Shown here in pieces: positions 1 to 8,085 of a stretch of DNA of 64,000 nt. Both the position numbers and the translations under genes were made by a program. The stretch's first letter is position 1; each line of letters begins with the position of its first letter. This DNA comes from Candidatus Poribacteria bacterium (lineage in GTDB: Bacteria; Poribacteria; WGA-4E; WGA-3G), in assembly GCA_963663765.2 (NCBI GenBank), contig CAXXUA010000003.1, positions 1 through 64,000 on the forward strand, in the 5' to 3' direction. The notes under the pieces were generated by a model. That model saw only the letters and a program-made list of their open reading frames with translations. It did no database searches and was not told the origin of the DNA.

Positions 1-2
1 TA

Positions 3-446
3 GAGATAGAAGAAAAGACGAAAAAAGGACTATACAAATGGAAAAGCACGCACTATACAATAAAAGAGAGATACCTTCGATCAGTAATAACAATACCAGA
101 GTTGGAAAGATGTATTTTCTATTCAATCTACACCAATACTCGAGATTATGTTAACACAACTGTTGAAACAATAGCAGGAGTAATTCATCAGCACGTAGAA
201 GAGACATGTCAAGCGATAGTAGTGATTGATGGATTAGATAAAAAATCTAAACAACGAATTTCCAGACGTTTGAAGGAAAAAGGGATAGTGTATAAGAAAG
301 TTAGAGGAATAAGAGATGAAGGGAGTGCATGGATAAGATTAGCAGATGCGATTGCAGGATTTAGTTGGCATGTATATGAAAACAAACGTTATACACAAAT
401 GCTATCTCCTGAAATGCACCAAAAAGGATATCTTATCCAACTTTAG
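3..446 (+). CDS. DUF3800-like protein, 5'-truncated by window edge
   Basis: Frame is open from position 3 (EIEEKTKKGLYKW...). The C-terminal RDEGSAWIRLADAIAG resembles the DUF3800 I(Q/R)LAD motif. Confidence 0.6.
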   Translation, partial: EIEEKTKKGLYKWKSTHYTIKERYLRSVITIPELERCIFYSIYTNTRDYVNTTVETIAGVIHQHVEETCQAIVVIDGLDKKSKQRISRRLKEKGIVYKKVRGIRDEGSAWIRLADAIAGFSWHVYENKRYTQMLSPEMHQKGYLIQL

Positions 447-454
447 AAGAAAAT

Positions 455-582
455 GCCAGAGTGTCTGGCTCTAGCAATCCAACGTAGACATACCGTAGAG
501 ATAGAGGTCACGGTTGGCTGTCCCTAGCTTTTCCAAAGAAAAGCACCGTCCATACGGCACGTATTCGGGCAAAATATAATCT
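455..582 (-). ncRNA. Candidate small RNA convergent on the DUF3800-like gene
   Basis: Follows a perfect promoter. No sizeable ORF. Ends in hairpin GCCAGA-CAC-TCTGGC followed by ATTTTCTT at the gene stop. Confidence 0.5.
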
Positions 583-588
583 ACGTAG

Positions 589-617
589 ATTATAACATAA
601 AAAAAGCACTTTGTCAA
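589..617 (-). promoter_or_regulatory. Consensus sigma70 promoter
   Basis: TTGACA (617-612), 17-bp spacer, TATAAT (594-589), with extended TG. Confidence 0.75.
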
Positions 618-728
618 GTTTTGTGTTACAATACATGGAGTTCAACCGGGAACTGACACTCAAATGAATTTATAGTGGATTTTAGAATTATTTTTACAAT
701 TTCAGGTGTAGGAGTGAACTCCGATTCC

Positions 729-870
729 CATAGGCGTCAATTTAAGAAAAAAGTGTTAGTGTTTCTCTTGTGGGAGGGGTTTTCAACCCCGATTTGAGAG
801 GAAAAGCGCGTAAAATCGGGGTTAAAAACCCCTCCCACAAGAGGTCAAAATCCTTAAATTGACGCTTATG
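729..870. mobile_element. MITE-A (IS231-like ends) inserted in a GTAG REP
   Basis: TIR CATAGGCGTCAATTTAAG/CTTAAATTGACGCTTATG. 19-bp direct repeat at 710-728 and 871-889. Internal GTGGGAGGGG REP doublet. Confidence 0.85.
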
Positions 871-1203
871 AGGAGTGAACTCCGATTCCCGACTATCAAG
901 GCGTTCAGTCGCGATTCGGAGATCGCTCCTACAGAAGAAGTGTAAACTTAATTGTATATTTCACTATAATATAGTGTTGAGTATTTCTAACTGCGGTACA
1001 TCCTCGTTAGAAAGAACATCCGAGAGCGTTTCAGCATCAATACCCGTCGGAGATGTGTCAACCTCTGACGGAACGGGGTACGTTCTACTGGTGTGATATA
1101 GTTCCTGATCTCAAGATCTATTGATTAAATGAGTGTAGAAAAGCGATGTAATTTTACTATTTTCTCATAACTGACGCAAACGCACCAAATGCCTTATTTT
1201 TAC

Positions 1204-1386
1204 GGGTGTGTAAAGTTTTGGTTACTGTGCGTAGGGGCGGGGTCTCCCCGTCCGAAAAGAAGTCTTACGCTGGCGAGGAAACCTCGTCCCTACGATGTCC
1301 ACAGTTCCCTAACATCAAGCAAGCTTTGATAGAAACTTGATGGAATTCTTTTAATATCAGTGTTTCTACCAAAACTTTACACACCC
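1204..1386. mobile_element. MITE-D carrying a REP doublet
   Basis: TIR GGGTGTGTAAAGTTTTGG/CCAAAACTTTACACACCC. Internal GTAGGGGCGGGGTCTCCCCGTCC...GGCGAGGAAACCTCGTCCCTAC. Related ends near 22566-22792 and 39358-40041. Confidence 0.75.
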
Positions 1387-1403
1387 CTCACCGAAGAATT
1401 TTC

Positions 1404-1670
1404 TTGACAAAAATGTGCAATAGTGTTAAAATAGGTATAAGTTGAGTATAAATTCCGATTTTTGTTATTTTTCCTAAAAACACTTGACAAAGTTTGAATT
1501 GGAAGGTATACTTAAAAAACAGAGTGCTACGTTGTGAAAAGCAACATGCACGACTCGGTTGCAATATTATAACTTGGCAAGTTCTGTAACCGAACTCAAA
1601 AGGGAAACGTATTAACGTCATGCCGATATAATTTATTTGGTTGACTATTTTATGAAACCGATGTTATAAT
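1404..1670 (+). promoter_or_regulatory. Three tandem near-consensus sigma70 promoters
   Basis: TTGACA-17-TAAAAT (1404-1432), TTGACA-17-TATACT (1484-1512) and TTGACT-18-TATAAT (1641-1670). Confidence 0.7.
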
Positions 1671-1690
1671 AGGTGACGTTAGATATAATA

Positions 1691-1860
1691 ATACGACATT
1701 TGGTTTGAGATTAGGACAAAGGGTTTTCCTGTGGTAAGGTTTTCAACCCTTAGGACACAAACCGAATCCCGATAATGAAGGATCTGAGCAATGGCAAACG
1801 CACAGATCCAACACTTTAGGTTAGTTGAATAGATTCCTTCCGATCCTTGAATCTGTTCCA
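1691..1860 (+). ncRNA. Structured leader motif, copy 1
   Basis: Four stems shared with copy 2. G-U pairs form only on the + strand. Confidence 0.55.
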
Positions 1861-1941
1861 CATTTTTCATTTAGTTTTTATAGGTGCGGTTGTGCGATTC
1901 GTCGTACATCGTCAGAGGCATTCAATTGTCACTATACATCT

Positions 1942-2012
1942 TTGTGGGAGGGTTTCAACCCCGATTTGTTATGCTGTTTTTCTGAAATCGGGGTTACAAA
2001 CCCCTCCCACAA
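1942..2012. repeat. Free-standing GTGG-type REP doublet
   Basis: TTGTGGGAGGGTTTCAACCCCGATTT...AAATCGGGGTTACAAACCCCTCCCACAA. Same family as the MITE-A cargo, but without the MITE-A TIRs. Confidence 0.75.
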
Positions 2013-2232
2013 TAGTCCATGTCGGACAATTGTATACCTCTGTGTACATCGTTCCTACTATATTAACGTAATACCAATATATGGTATATTTTTGATTTAA
2101 TTATACACGCTACATCAGTGCGGTTAGAAACCGTACCGAAGTGAGAAATTGTATATTTATTTCAAATATTGATCATAATTCTTATGGTCAACATATTTTT
2201 ATAACTGATATTATAATTTTGGTAACGTTAAA

Positions 2233-2402
2233 ATACTGAAATTCGGTTTATTAGATGTGTGAAGGGTTTTCCTGTGGTAAGGTTTTCAACCCTTTGGACA
2301 CAAATCGAATTGAAAAAAAAGGATCTGTGTGACAGCAACGCACAGATCCAAGATATATAAGGTTAGTTGAATAGATTCCTTCCTATCCCTGAATCTGTTC
2401 CA
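2233..2402 (+). ncRNA. Structured leader motif, copy 2
   Basis: Diverged direct repeat of 1691-1860. Stems are conserved while loops and linkers have changed. Confidence 0.55.
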
Positions 2403-2505
2403 TAAATTTCAGATTGTATCAACGGGTGTGATAGTGTGACATATATACGTGTCACACATCTTCCCGCATTGATATAGCAAGTTTTTATATATAGGAGAAC
2501 ATATA

Positions 2506-5500
2506 ATGAACCTGTCAAATAGATTGACATTTTCTTTAGTTTTTTCTGTTTTGTTCGTAGCGGTTTTCGCTTTTGTTGTGTCACCGGCAATGGCACAACA
2601 AGTTGTTACGGTGACGGTAACCGGTGAATATACGCCGGATGATGACACCACTTCTGGTGTTAACGAAAAGCAGATTGTGTTTACGTTCACATTTAGTCAT
2701 GACCAATCCCTGACACTTGCTGATTTTTTCACGATTTACCAAGACGATAATGGTGATGGTGTGAATGAATTTAGCGATTCACTATTAGAAGATCCACCTG
2801 TAGATCCTGCCTTATGGGTTGTTGGTGGCTCCGGCAAGGTGTTCACACTTTCCTCAACAGTCGTTAATACTGCCACCGCTGATAATCCAGATGCTTTATA
2901 CTTAAGAGGTTATGCGACCAGCATTGATGCAGAAGCAATTGATCACGATAGTAATAGTAATACTGCTGAAGTCGTTAGGTTTGATAATCCTGATGGTGGA
3001 GATGTTCTTGAAAGTCTCAGCCTTGCGGTCGCACCCGGTTACATCGGCGGTAACGAATACGCGATTATCGGTAATCATTTCCTTGAAGATACTGATGATA
3101 ACGCGGCTACACCTGATGTATATACTTATCCCACAATGCCATCACATGTTACTGATCACATGAGAAGTAACTGGTCGGTACATACGGATCAAACAGTGCC
3201 GGATCTTTGGAATCACTTCCAAATCAACGGTGCGGGTACACTCAACCTCATACATACAAATGATGATAGTGTACAAGTGGGGGGTAACAATACACGTACG
3301 GTGCGTATCAACGAAGTGATGTGGGCGCGTGATGAGAGCCAAGTCGGACAAGACGGTTACACGCGTGAACAGTGGATTGAAATCTATAACAATACATCCG
3401 CACCGATTCTGCTTTCAAATATACGTGTAAGTTTTTCAAAGGCACACCCTTCATCGGGTACTTATACTGACAGGTTGACCAATAATCCGTCATACACAAA
3501 CATCTGGAGTCTTTCGGGTAAAGGTCAAGATGGTAATTCCAACCCGAATGCGTTGAAAGAGTTTCAATCAATGCATCGGACGATAGCAAATAGAGATGGT
3601 TCGACATCAGCAGTTTGGACTTCTGCATCTCTTCACTTCCTTCCGAACTACAAAGGTACGCCTGGTGTGCAGAACTCCGTTGTCGGTACACAAGAACCGC
3701 GTTCCGCACCCGATAAAGATTGGCCAGCAAAATCGCCTGTTATTTTCAACGAGATGTTCAACGCCAGTACAGCAGGAATGGATTGGGTTGAGCTGCGTAA
3801 TGTTACAGGTAGTGCTGTGTCACTCAACAAATGGGCACTGACAATATCTAAGGGTAGAGACAATGAAGAAGATATTATCCGGTTCCCGAATAAGTCTATA
3901 CCCGCAAATGGTATACTCCTACTTGTTGAAAGTGATCCGAGTGGTACCCCGATAGGTCCCGGTTGGGATATTAGTAGATCAGAATATGATCAGGTTTCCG
4001 GTGTCAAACAAGCAACATCACCGAACTATCTGATTGTATCGGATTTAAATAAGATTCCAAATGATAGCGAAAATTGGTTGTTGATTTTACGTAAACCGAA
4101 TAGCGCGGGTCATCCGTATTGGGATGTGAACGGTGGTACTGCTGGTGCCCCGAGTACACTTAATACCGGATTTGATATTTCTGACGCTGCCGGCCCCGGT
4201 GGTCCCGAAAGTGGTTTCAATTGGCAGACATTACAAGCTCAATCTGTCGACAGAGAGAAAACCGCAAGTGGTGGTGGGAACGGAGATATCTGGGAAACCA
4301 AACTCTTTCCCCTTAACGGACATACGCAAAGCAACGGTGATTTCCTCCAAAGCGATCGCCTGACAAGAAACAACGTTTACCAGCGTAATAGCAGTAAGCA
4401 CGGTTTCCAAAAAGATGCTTGGACGAATAATAACTTCACTGGTATCGGGTATGACCGTTCTGCAGCACGAGACAACGACACACGCGGGGGGACACCCGGC
4501 TATCCGAACGGTGCAGTCGTGTCCACTGGCAATGATGCGATCAACAATGTTGTCATTTCGGAAATTATGGTCGCACAAATAGAATTTGGTCGGAGTTACA
4601 CACCGCAATGGATTGAGATCACCAATCGATCTTCAACGCACGGGGTGGATCTGCATAACTTCCGTCTCACGATCATCAACCACGATAAAACCTACACGGA
4701 GGACGGCACACCAACAGCATTCTGGGATGGTAAAGCAGAAGCAAACATCTTGCTACAGAATCTAACATTACCACCGAGACAAACAGTGTTGATCGCTTCC
4801 GCTGCTGCACGTCGAAAGTCCATAAAAGTTCCAGCAGGACGTATTTTGAACTTGTTCCACGATGGACATAAAGATACGTTCGGTATGGTGAACCCAGGTG
4901 ATGCGGTCATAAATCCTTACGGCTTCCATATTATGCTACAAACCAAAGGTAATGAGGCTTTAGATAAGCGGGAATTAGTTGATGAAATTGGCAACCTCGC
5001 TGATGAGGAAGACCGTCGGGGAAACAGGCAACGTTTTGATGACCCACGTTGGGATATTCCAAACGGTGTTGACGAAAATGGCAGCCGAAGTTCACTCGTC
5101 CGCACAAATGTTGTCACTGGCGATCCAACGACTATGGCATTCACACGGGCTATCGGTGATGGCACTGATGCTCAAGGTTGGATACTGGCAAGTATGGATC
5201 AAAGAACGGATGTAACTATCACAGGTTTCCCAGGCGCATCAGGTATCACTTCACTTTATTATGGTGCATATACTGACATCGGCACACCGGGACAAACACC
5301 CGGTCAACCTTTACCTGTTAGCTTGAGCTCGTTCCGTCCAGTATTAGAAAATGGCGAAGTCGTTATCCGTTGGACAACCGAATCTGAACTTGATAACGCA
5401 GGATTTAATATCCTCCGTAGTGATAGTCGGGACGGTGAATACAAACAGGTCAACGCCGATTTGATTCAAGGTTCTGGGACAACCGGTGAACGCAATACCT

Positions 5501-5688
5501 ATAAATGGGTAGACGGTTCAGCGACACCCGATGCAGTATATTACTACCAAATTGAAGATGTATCTTTCGCAGGTGAACGTCAAATACTCACAACCACGAG
5601 GTTGAAAGGATTGATCTCTGCAAAGAACAAATTGACAACTCGGTGGGGTGAATTGAAATCGAAAACTAACTCTGGTTATTCTAATTAA
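2506..5688 (+). CDS. Secreted lamin-tail-domain surface protein
   Basis: RBS AGGAG and a signal peptide ending AMA-Q. Three LTD-like modules (VRINEVMW..WIEIYN, VIFNEMFN..WVELRN, VVISEIMV..WIEITN). C-terminal PLPVSLSSF..WTTESE domain and KLTTRWGELK tail. Confidence 0.85.
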   Translation: MNLSNRLTFSLVFSVLFVAVFAFVVSPAMAQQVVTVTVTGEYTPDDDTTSGVNEKQIVFTFTFSHDQSLTLADFFTIYQDDNGDGVNEFSDSLLEDPPVDPALWVVGGSGKVFTLSSTVVNTATADNPDALYLRGYATSIDAEAIDHDSNSNTAEVVRFDNPDGGDVLESLSLAVAPGYIGGNEYAIIGNHFLEDTDDNAATPDVYTYPTMPSHVTDHMRSNWSVHTDQTVPDLWNHFQINGAGTLNLIHTNDDSVQVGGNNTRTVRINEVMWARDESQVGQDGYTREQWIEIYNNTSAPILLSNIRVSFSKAHPSSGTYTDRLTNNPSYTNIWSLSGKGQDGNSNPNALKEFQSMHRTIANRDGSTSAVWTSASLHFLPNYKGTPGVQNSVVGTQEPRSAPDKDWPAKSPVIFNEMFNASTAGMDWVELRNVTGSAVSLNKWALTISKGRDNEEDIIRFPNKSIPANGILLLVESDPSGTPIGPGWDISRSEYDQVSGVKQATSPNYLIVSDLNKIPNDSENWLLILRKPNSAGHPYWDVNGGTAGAPSTLNTGFDISDAAGPGGPESGFNWQTLQAQSVDREKTASGGGNGDIWETKLFPLNGHTQSNGDFLQSDRLTRNNVYQRNSSKHGFQKDAWTNNNFTGIGYDRSAARDNDTRGGTPGYPNGAVVSTGNDAINNVVISEIMVAQIEFGRSYTPQWIEITNRSSTHGVDLHNFRLTIINHDKTYTEDGTPTAFWDGKAEANILLQNLTLPPRQTVLIASAAARRKSIKVPAGRILNLFHDGHKDTFGMVNPGDAVINPYGFHIMLQTKGNEALDKRELVDEIGNLADEEDRRGNRQRFDDPRWDIPNGVDENGSRSSLVRTNVVTGDPTTMAFTRAIGDGTDAQGWILASMDQRTDVTITGFPGASGITSLYYGAYTDIGTPGQTPGQPLPVSLSSFRPVLENGEVVIRWTTESELDNAGFNILRSDSRDGEYKQVNADLIQGSGTTGERNTYKWVDGSATPDAVYYYQIEDVSFAGERQILTTTRLKGLISAKNKLTTRWGELKSKTNSGYSN

Positions 5689-5749
5689 CCTATCCCAAAA
5701 AGGTGGACAGCGAACTTATGGTCGTTGTCCACCTTTGCCATAACAGCAG

Positions 5750-6623
5750 TCGTGCTTTGTCCGCGCGCCACCCACCTGCCACCCAACTGCAGCCGTGCTA
5801 TGTCCGCGCGCCACCCATCTGCCCCCCATCTGCCACCCAACTGCCACCCATCTGCAGGCGTGCTTTGTCCGCGCGCCACCCATCTGCCACCCATCTGCCA
5901 CCCATCTGCCACCCAACTGCAGGCGTGCTTTGTAAGCGCGCCACCCATCTGCCACCCATCTGCCACCCAACTGCAGGCGTGCTTTGTAAGCGCGCCACCC
6001 AACTGCCACCCAACTGCCCCTAACTGCAGGCGTGCTTTGTAAGCGCGCCACCCAACTGCCACCCAACTGCCACCCAACTGCCCCTAACTGCAGGCGTGCT
6101 TTGTAAGCGCGCCACCCAACTGCCACCCAACTGCCACCCATCTGCAGTCGTGCTTTGTCCGCGCGCCACCCATCTGCCACCCATCTGCCACCCAACTGCC
6201 ACCCATCTGCCACCCATCTGCAGGCGTGCTTTGTAAGCGCGCCACCCATCTGCCACCCATCTGCAGCCGTGCTTTGTAAGCGCGCCACCCATCTGCCACC
6301 CATCTGCCACCCATCTGCAGGCGTGCTTTGTAAGCGCGCCACCCAACTGCAGCCGTGCTTTGTAAGCGCGCCACCCATCTGCCACCCATCTGCCACCCAT
6401 CTGCAGGCGTGCTTTGTCCGCGCGCCACCCATCTGCCACCCATCTGCCACCCAACTGCAGCCGTGCTTTGTCCGCGCGCCACCCAACTGCCACCCAACTG
6501 CAGCCGTGCTTTGTAAGCGCGCCATCCAAATGCAGCCGTGCTTTGTCCGCGCGCCACCCATCTGCCACCCATCTGCCACCCAACTGCCACCCATCTGCAG
6601 GCGTGCTTTGTAAGCGCGCCACC
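5750..6623. repeat. GC-rich REP-derived modular tandem array (family A)
   Basis: Units CTGCAG(G/C)CGTGCTTTGT(AA/CC)GCGCGCCACCCA separated by 0-3 copies of the 11-mer CTGCCACCCA(A/T). Confidence 0.9.
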
Positions 6624-6880
6624 AATGGTAGGCGGGGAATGCCTTAATGGCATTCATACCCGGGGAATGCCAAAAGGCATTCATACTGTTGATTTCTTGA
6701 TTTGGCGTTGATTTGGTAGGGACGATATGTTTGTAGAAAACGAATACCCTCCCCAGTTCTTTAGTCCCGTAGGAACGGCATAGAAGAACGCAATAAGTAG
6801 TTTTGGGATTGCATTTTTCATTATTTTCAAGAAAAACTTTCATTTTCGTTGACTAAATCCATAATTTTAATTGATTAGAG

Positions 6881-6909
6881 TTGACAACCTCTAAATTATG
6901 TGTTATATT
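6881..6909 (+). promoter_or_regulatory. Sigma70-like promoter facing the tRNA-like element (antisense)
   Basis: TTGACA-17-TATATT with extended TG. Confidence 0.5.
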
Positions 6910-6959
6910 ATATGAATAAGTTCTGAATATCTTATAAAAACAACCGTCAAACACCCTAA

Positions 6960-7027
6960 TGGAGGTGTCGGGAATCGAACCCGAGAATAACGCCTGGCAA
7001 GGACATACCCAGAACCATCTCACCCCC
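6960..7027 (-). ncRNA. Non-canonical tRNA-Ala/tmRNA-TLD-like small RNA
   Basis: GGGGGTG/CACCTCC-A acceptor with G3:U70. Perfect T arm TCGGG-TTCGATT-CCCGA. Possible anticodon arm ATGTC-CTTGCCA-GGCGT. Short D region. Flanked by a 17-bp IR at 6938-6954/7035-7051. Confidence 0.65.
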
Positions 7028-7229
7028 ATATTTAGTGTTTGACGGTTGTTTAATTATACAATTAAACCCACCAAAATTACAAATAAAACACCGAATACAG
7101 AAGTAAACAGCAGTTTAAATTCAGTTTTCCTATCTTTGTCTTGACATTTCCCAATTAAAATTGTAGGATCCTTAACAGACCAAACTACCTAGTGCTTAGT
7201 CACGTGCTTATTGACGGATCTAAAAAGTA

Positions 7230-7629
7230 GTCGGGAATCGGAGTTCCCTCCTACAATAAACACAATACAGTCGGGAATCGGAGTTCCCTCCTACAATAAA
7301 CACAATACAGTCGGGAATCGGAGTTCCCTCCTACAATAAACACAATACAGTCGGGAATCGGAGTTCCCTCCTACAATAAACACAATACAGTCGGGAATCG
7401 GAGTTCCCTCCTACAATAAACACAATACAGTCGGGAATCGGAGTTCCCTCCTACAATAAACACAATACAGTCGGGAATCGGAGTTCCCTCCTACAATAAA
7501 CACAATACAGTCGGGAATCGGAGTTCCCTCCTACAATACACACAATACAGTCGGGAATCGGAGTTCCCTCCTACAATAAACACAATACAGTCGGGAATCG
7601 GAGTTCCCTCCTACAATAAACACAATACA
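7230..7629. repeat. 10 x 40-bp tandem REP array
   Basis: Near-identical GTCGGGAATCGGAGTTCCCTCCTACAATAAACACAATACA units. Partner inverted REP near 7640. Single-unit versions of the same element at 58635-58903. Confidence 0.95.
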
Positions 7630-8085
7630 CAAGACTTCTGTAGGAGCGATCTCCGAATCTAGACCTACAATTGGCGTGCTTTGTCCGCGCGCCACCCAAC
7701 TGCCACCCATCTGCAGCCGTGCTTTATCATCTTTAGTGGTTGACTCGTCAAGATATTATGATATAATTCTTCTATCTATTGGATCAAAAACTATTAGGTC
7801 AAAAAATGGAGAGGAGAATTTAGATGGGAAAACGAATACATCACATTCGTGAGGTCAATGAGGAAGAAAACGCTGAATTTTGGCGTGGCCGAATGTAGGT
7901 GTCCAGTTCATTCCGAAATATGCATGTTGGTTAAACCTGATAGAACCTTGGTGGAAACAACTCAGAATTTGTGTTTCCAGCGCGCTTACAAAGCACCAAA
8001 TCAACGGTATGAATCATGGAGCATGCCATACGCGCATGCTTCTTTAGGCATTCACCGCCTACCGTTGGGTGCGTATCTCCTGCGT

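Noticed and set aside
1719-1860. c-di-GMP-I (GEMM) riboswitch, suggested by GGACACAAA
   Set aside because: Lacks the GGCAAAC..GAAA P2 tetraloop architecture. Kept only as an unassigned motif.
5685-6843. Long ORFs such as 375 aa WVADGWQMGG/ARLQST, also at 12623-13628 and 16400-17721
   Set aside because: Open in several frames on both strands only because the GC-rich repeat lacks stops. No RBS, and composition is unlike the real genes.
6960-7027. Canonical tRNA-Ala/Gly or complete ssrA
   Set aside because: No U8, no proper D stem, C at position 37, only 68 nt and no tag reading frame. Reported as tRNA-like instead.
7230-7629. CRISPR-like regular array
   Set aside because: The intervening sequences are identical, so there are no unique spacers. 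No cas genes are present. The unit is a REP also found singly at 58.7 kb.
7824-7898. 24-codon ORF with strong RBS ([24 protein letters not shown]), faintly antitoxin-like
   Set aside because: Too short to assign and no partner toxin nearby. Probably a gene remnant.
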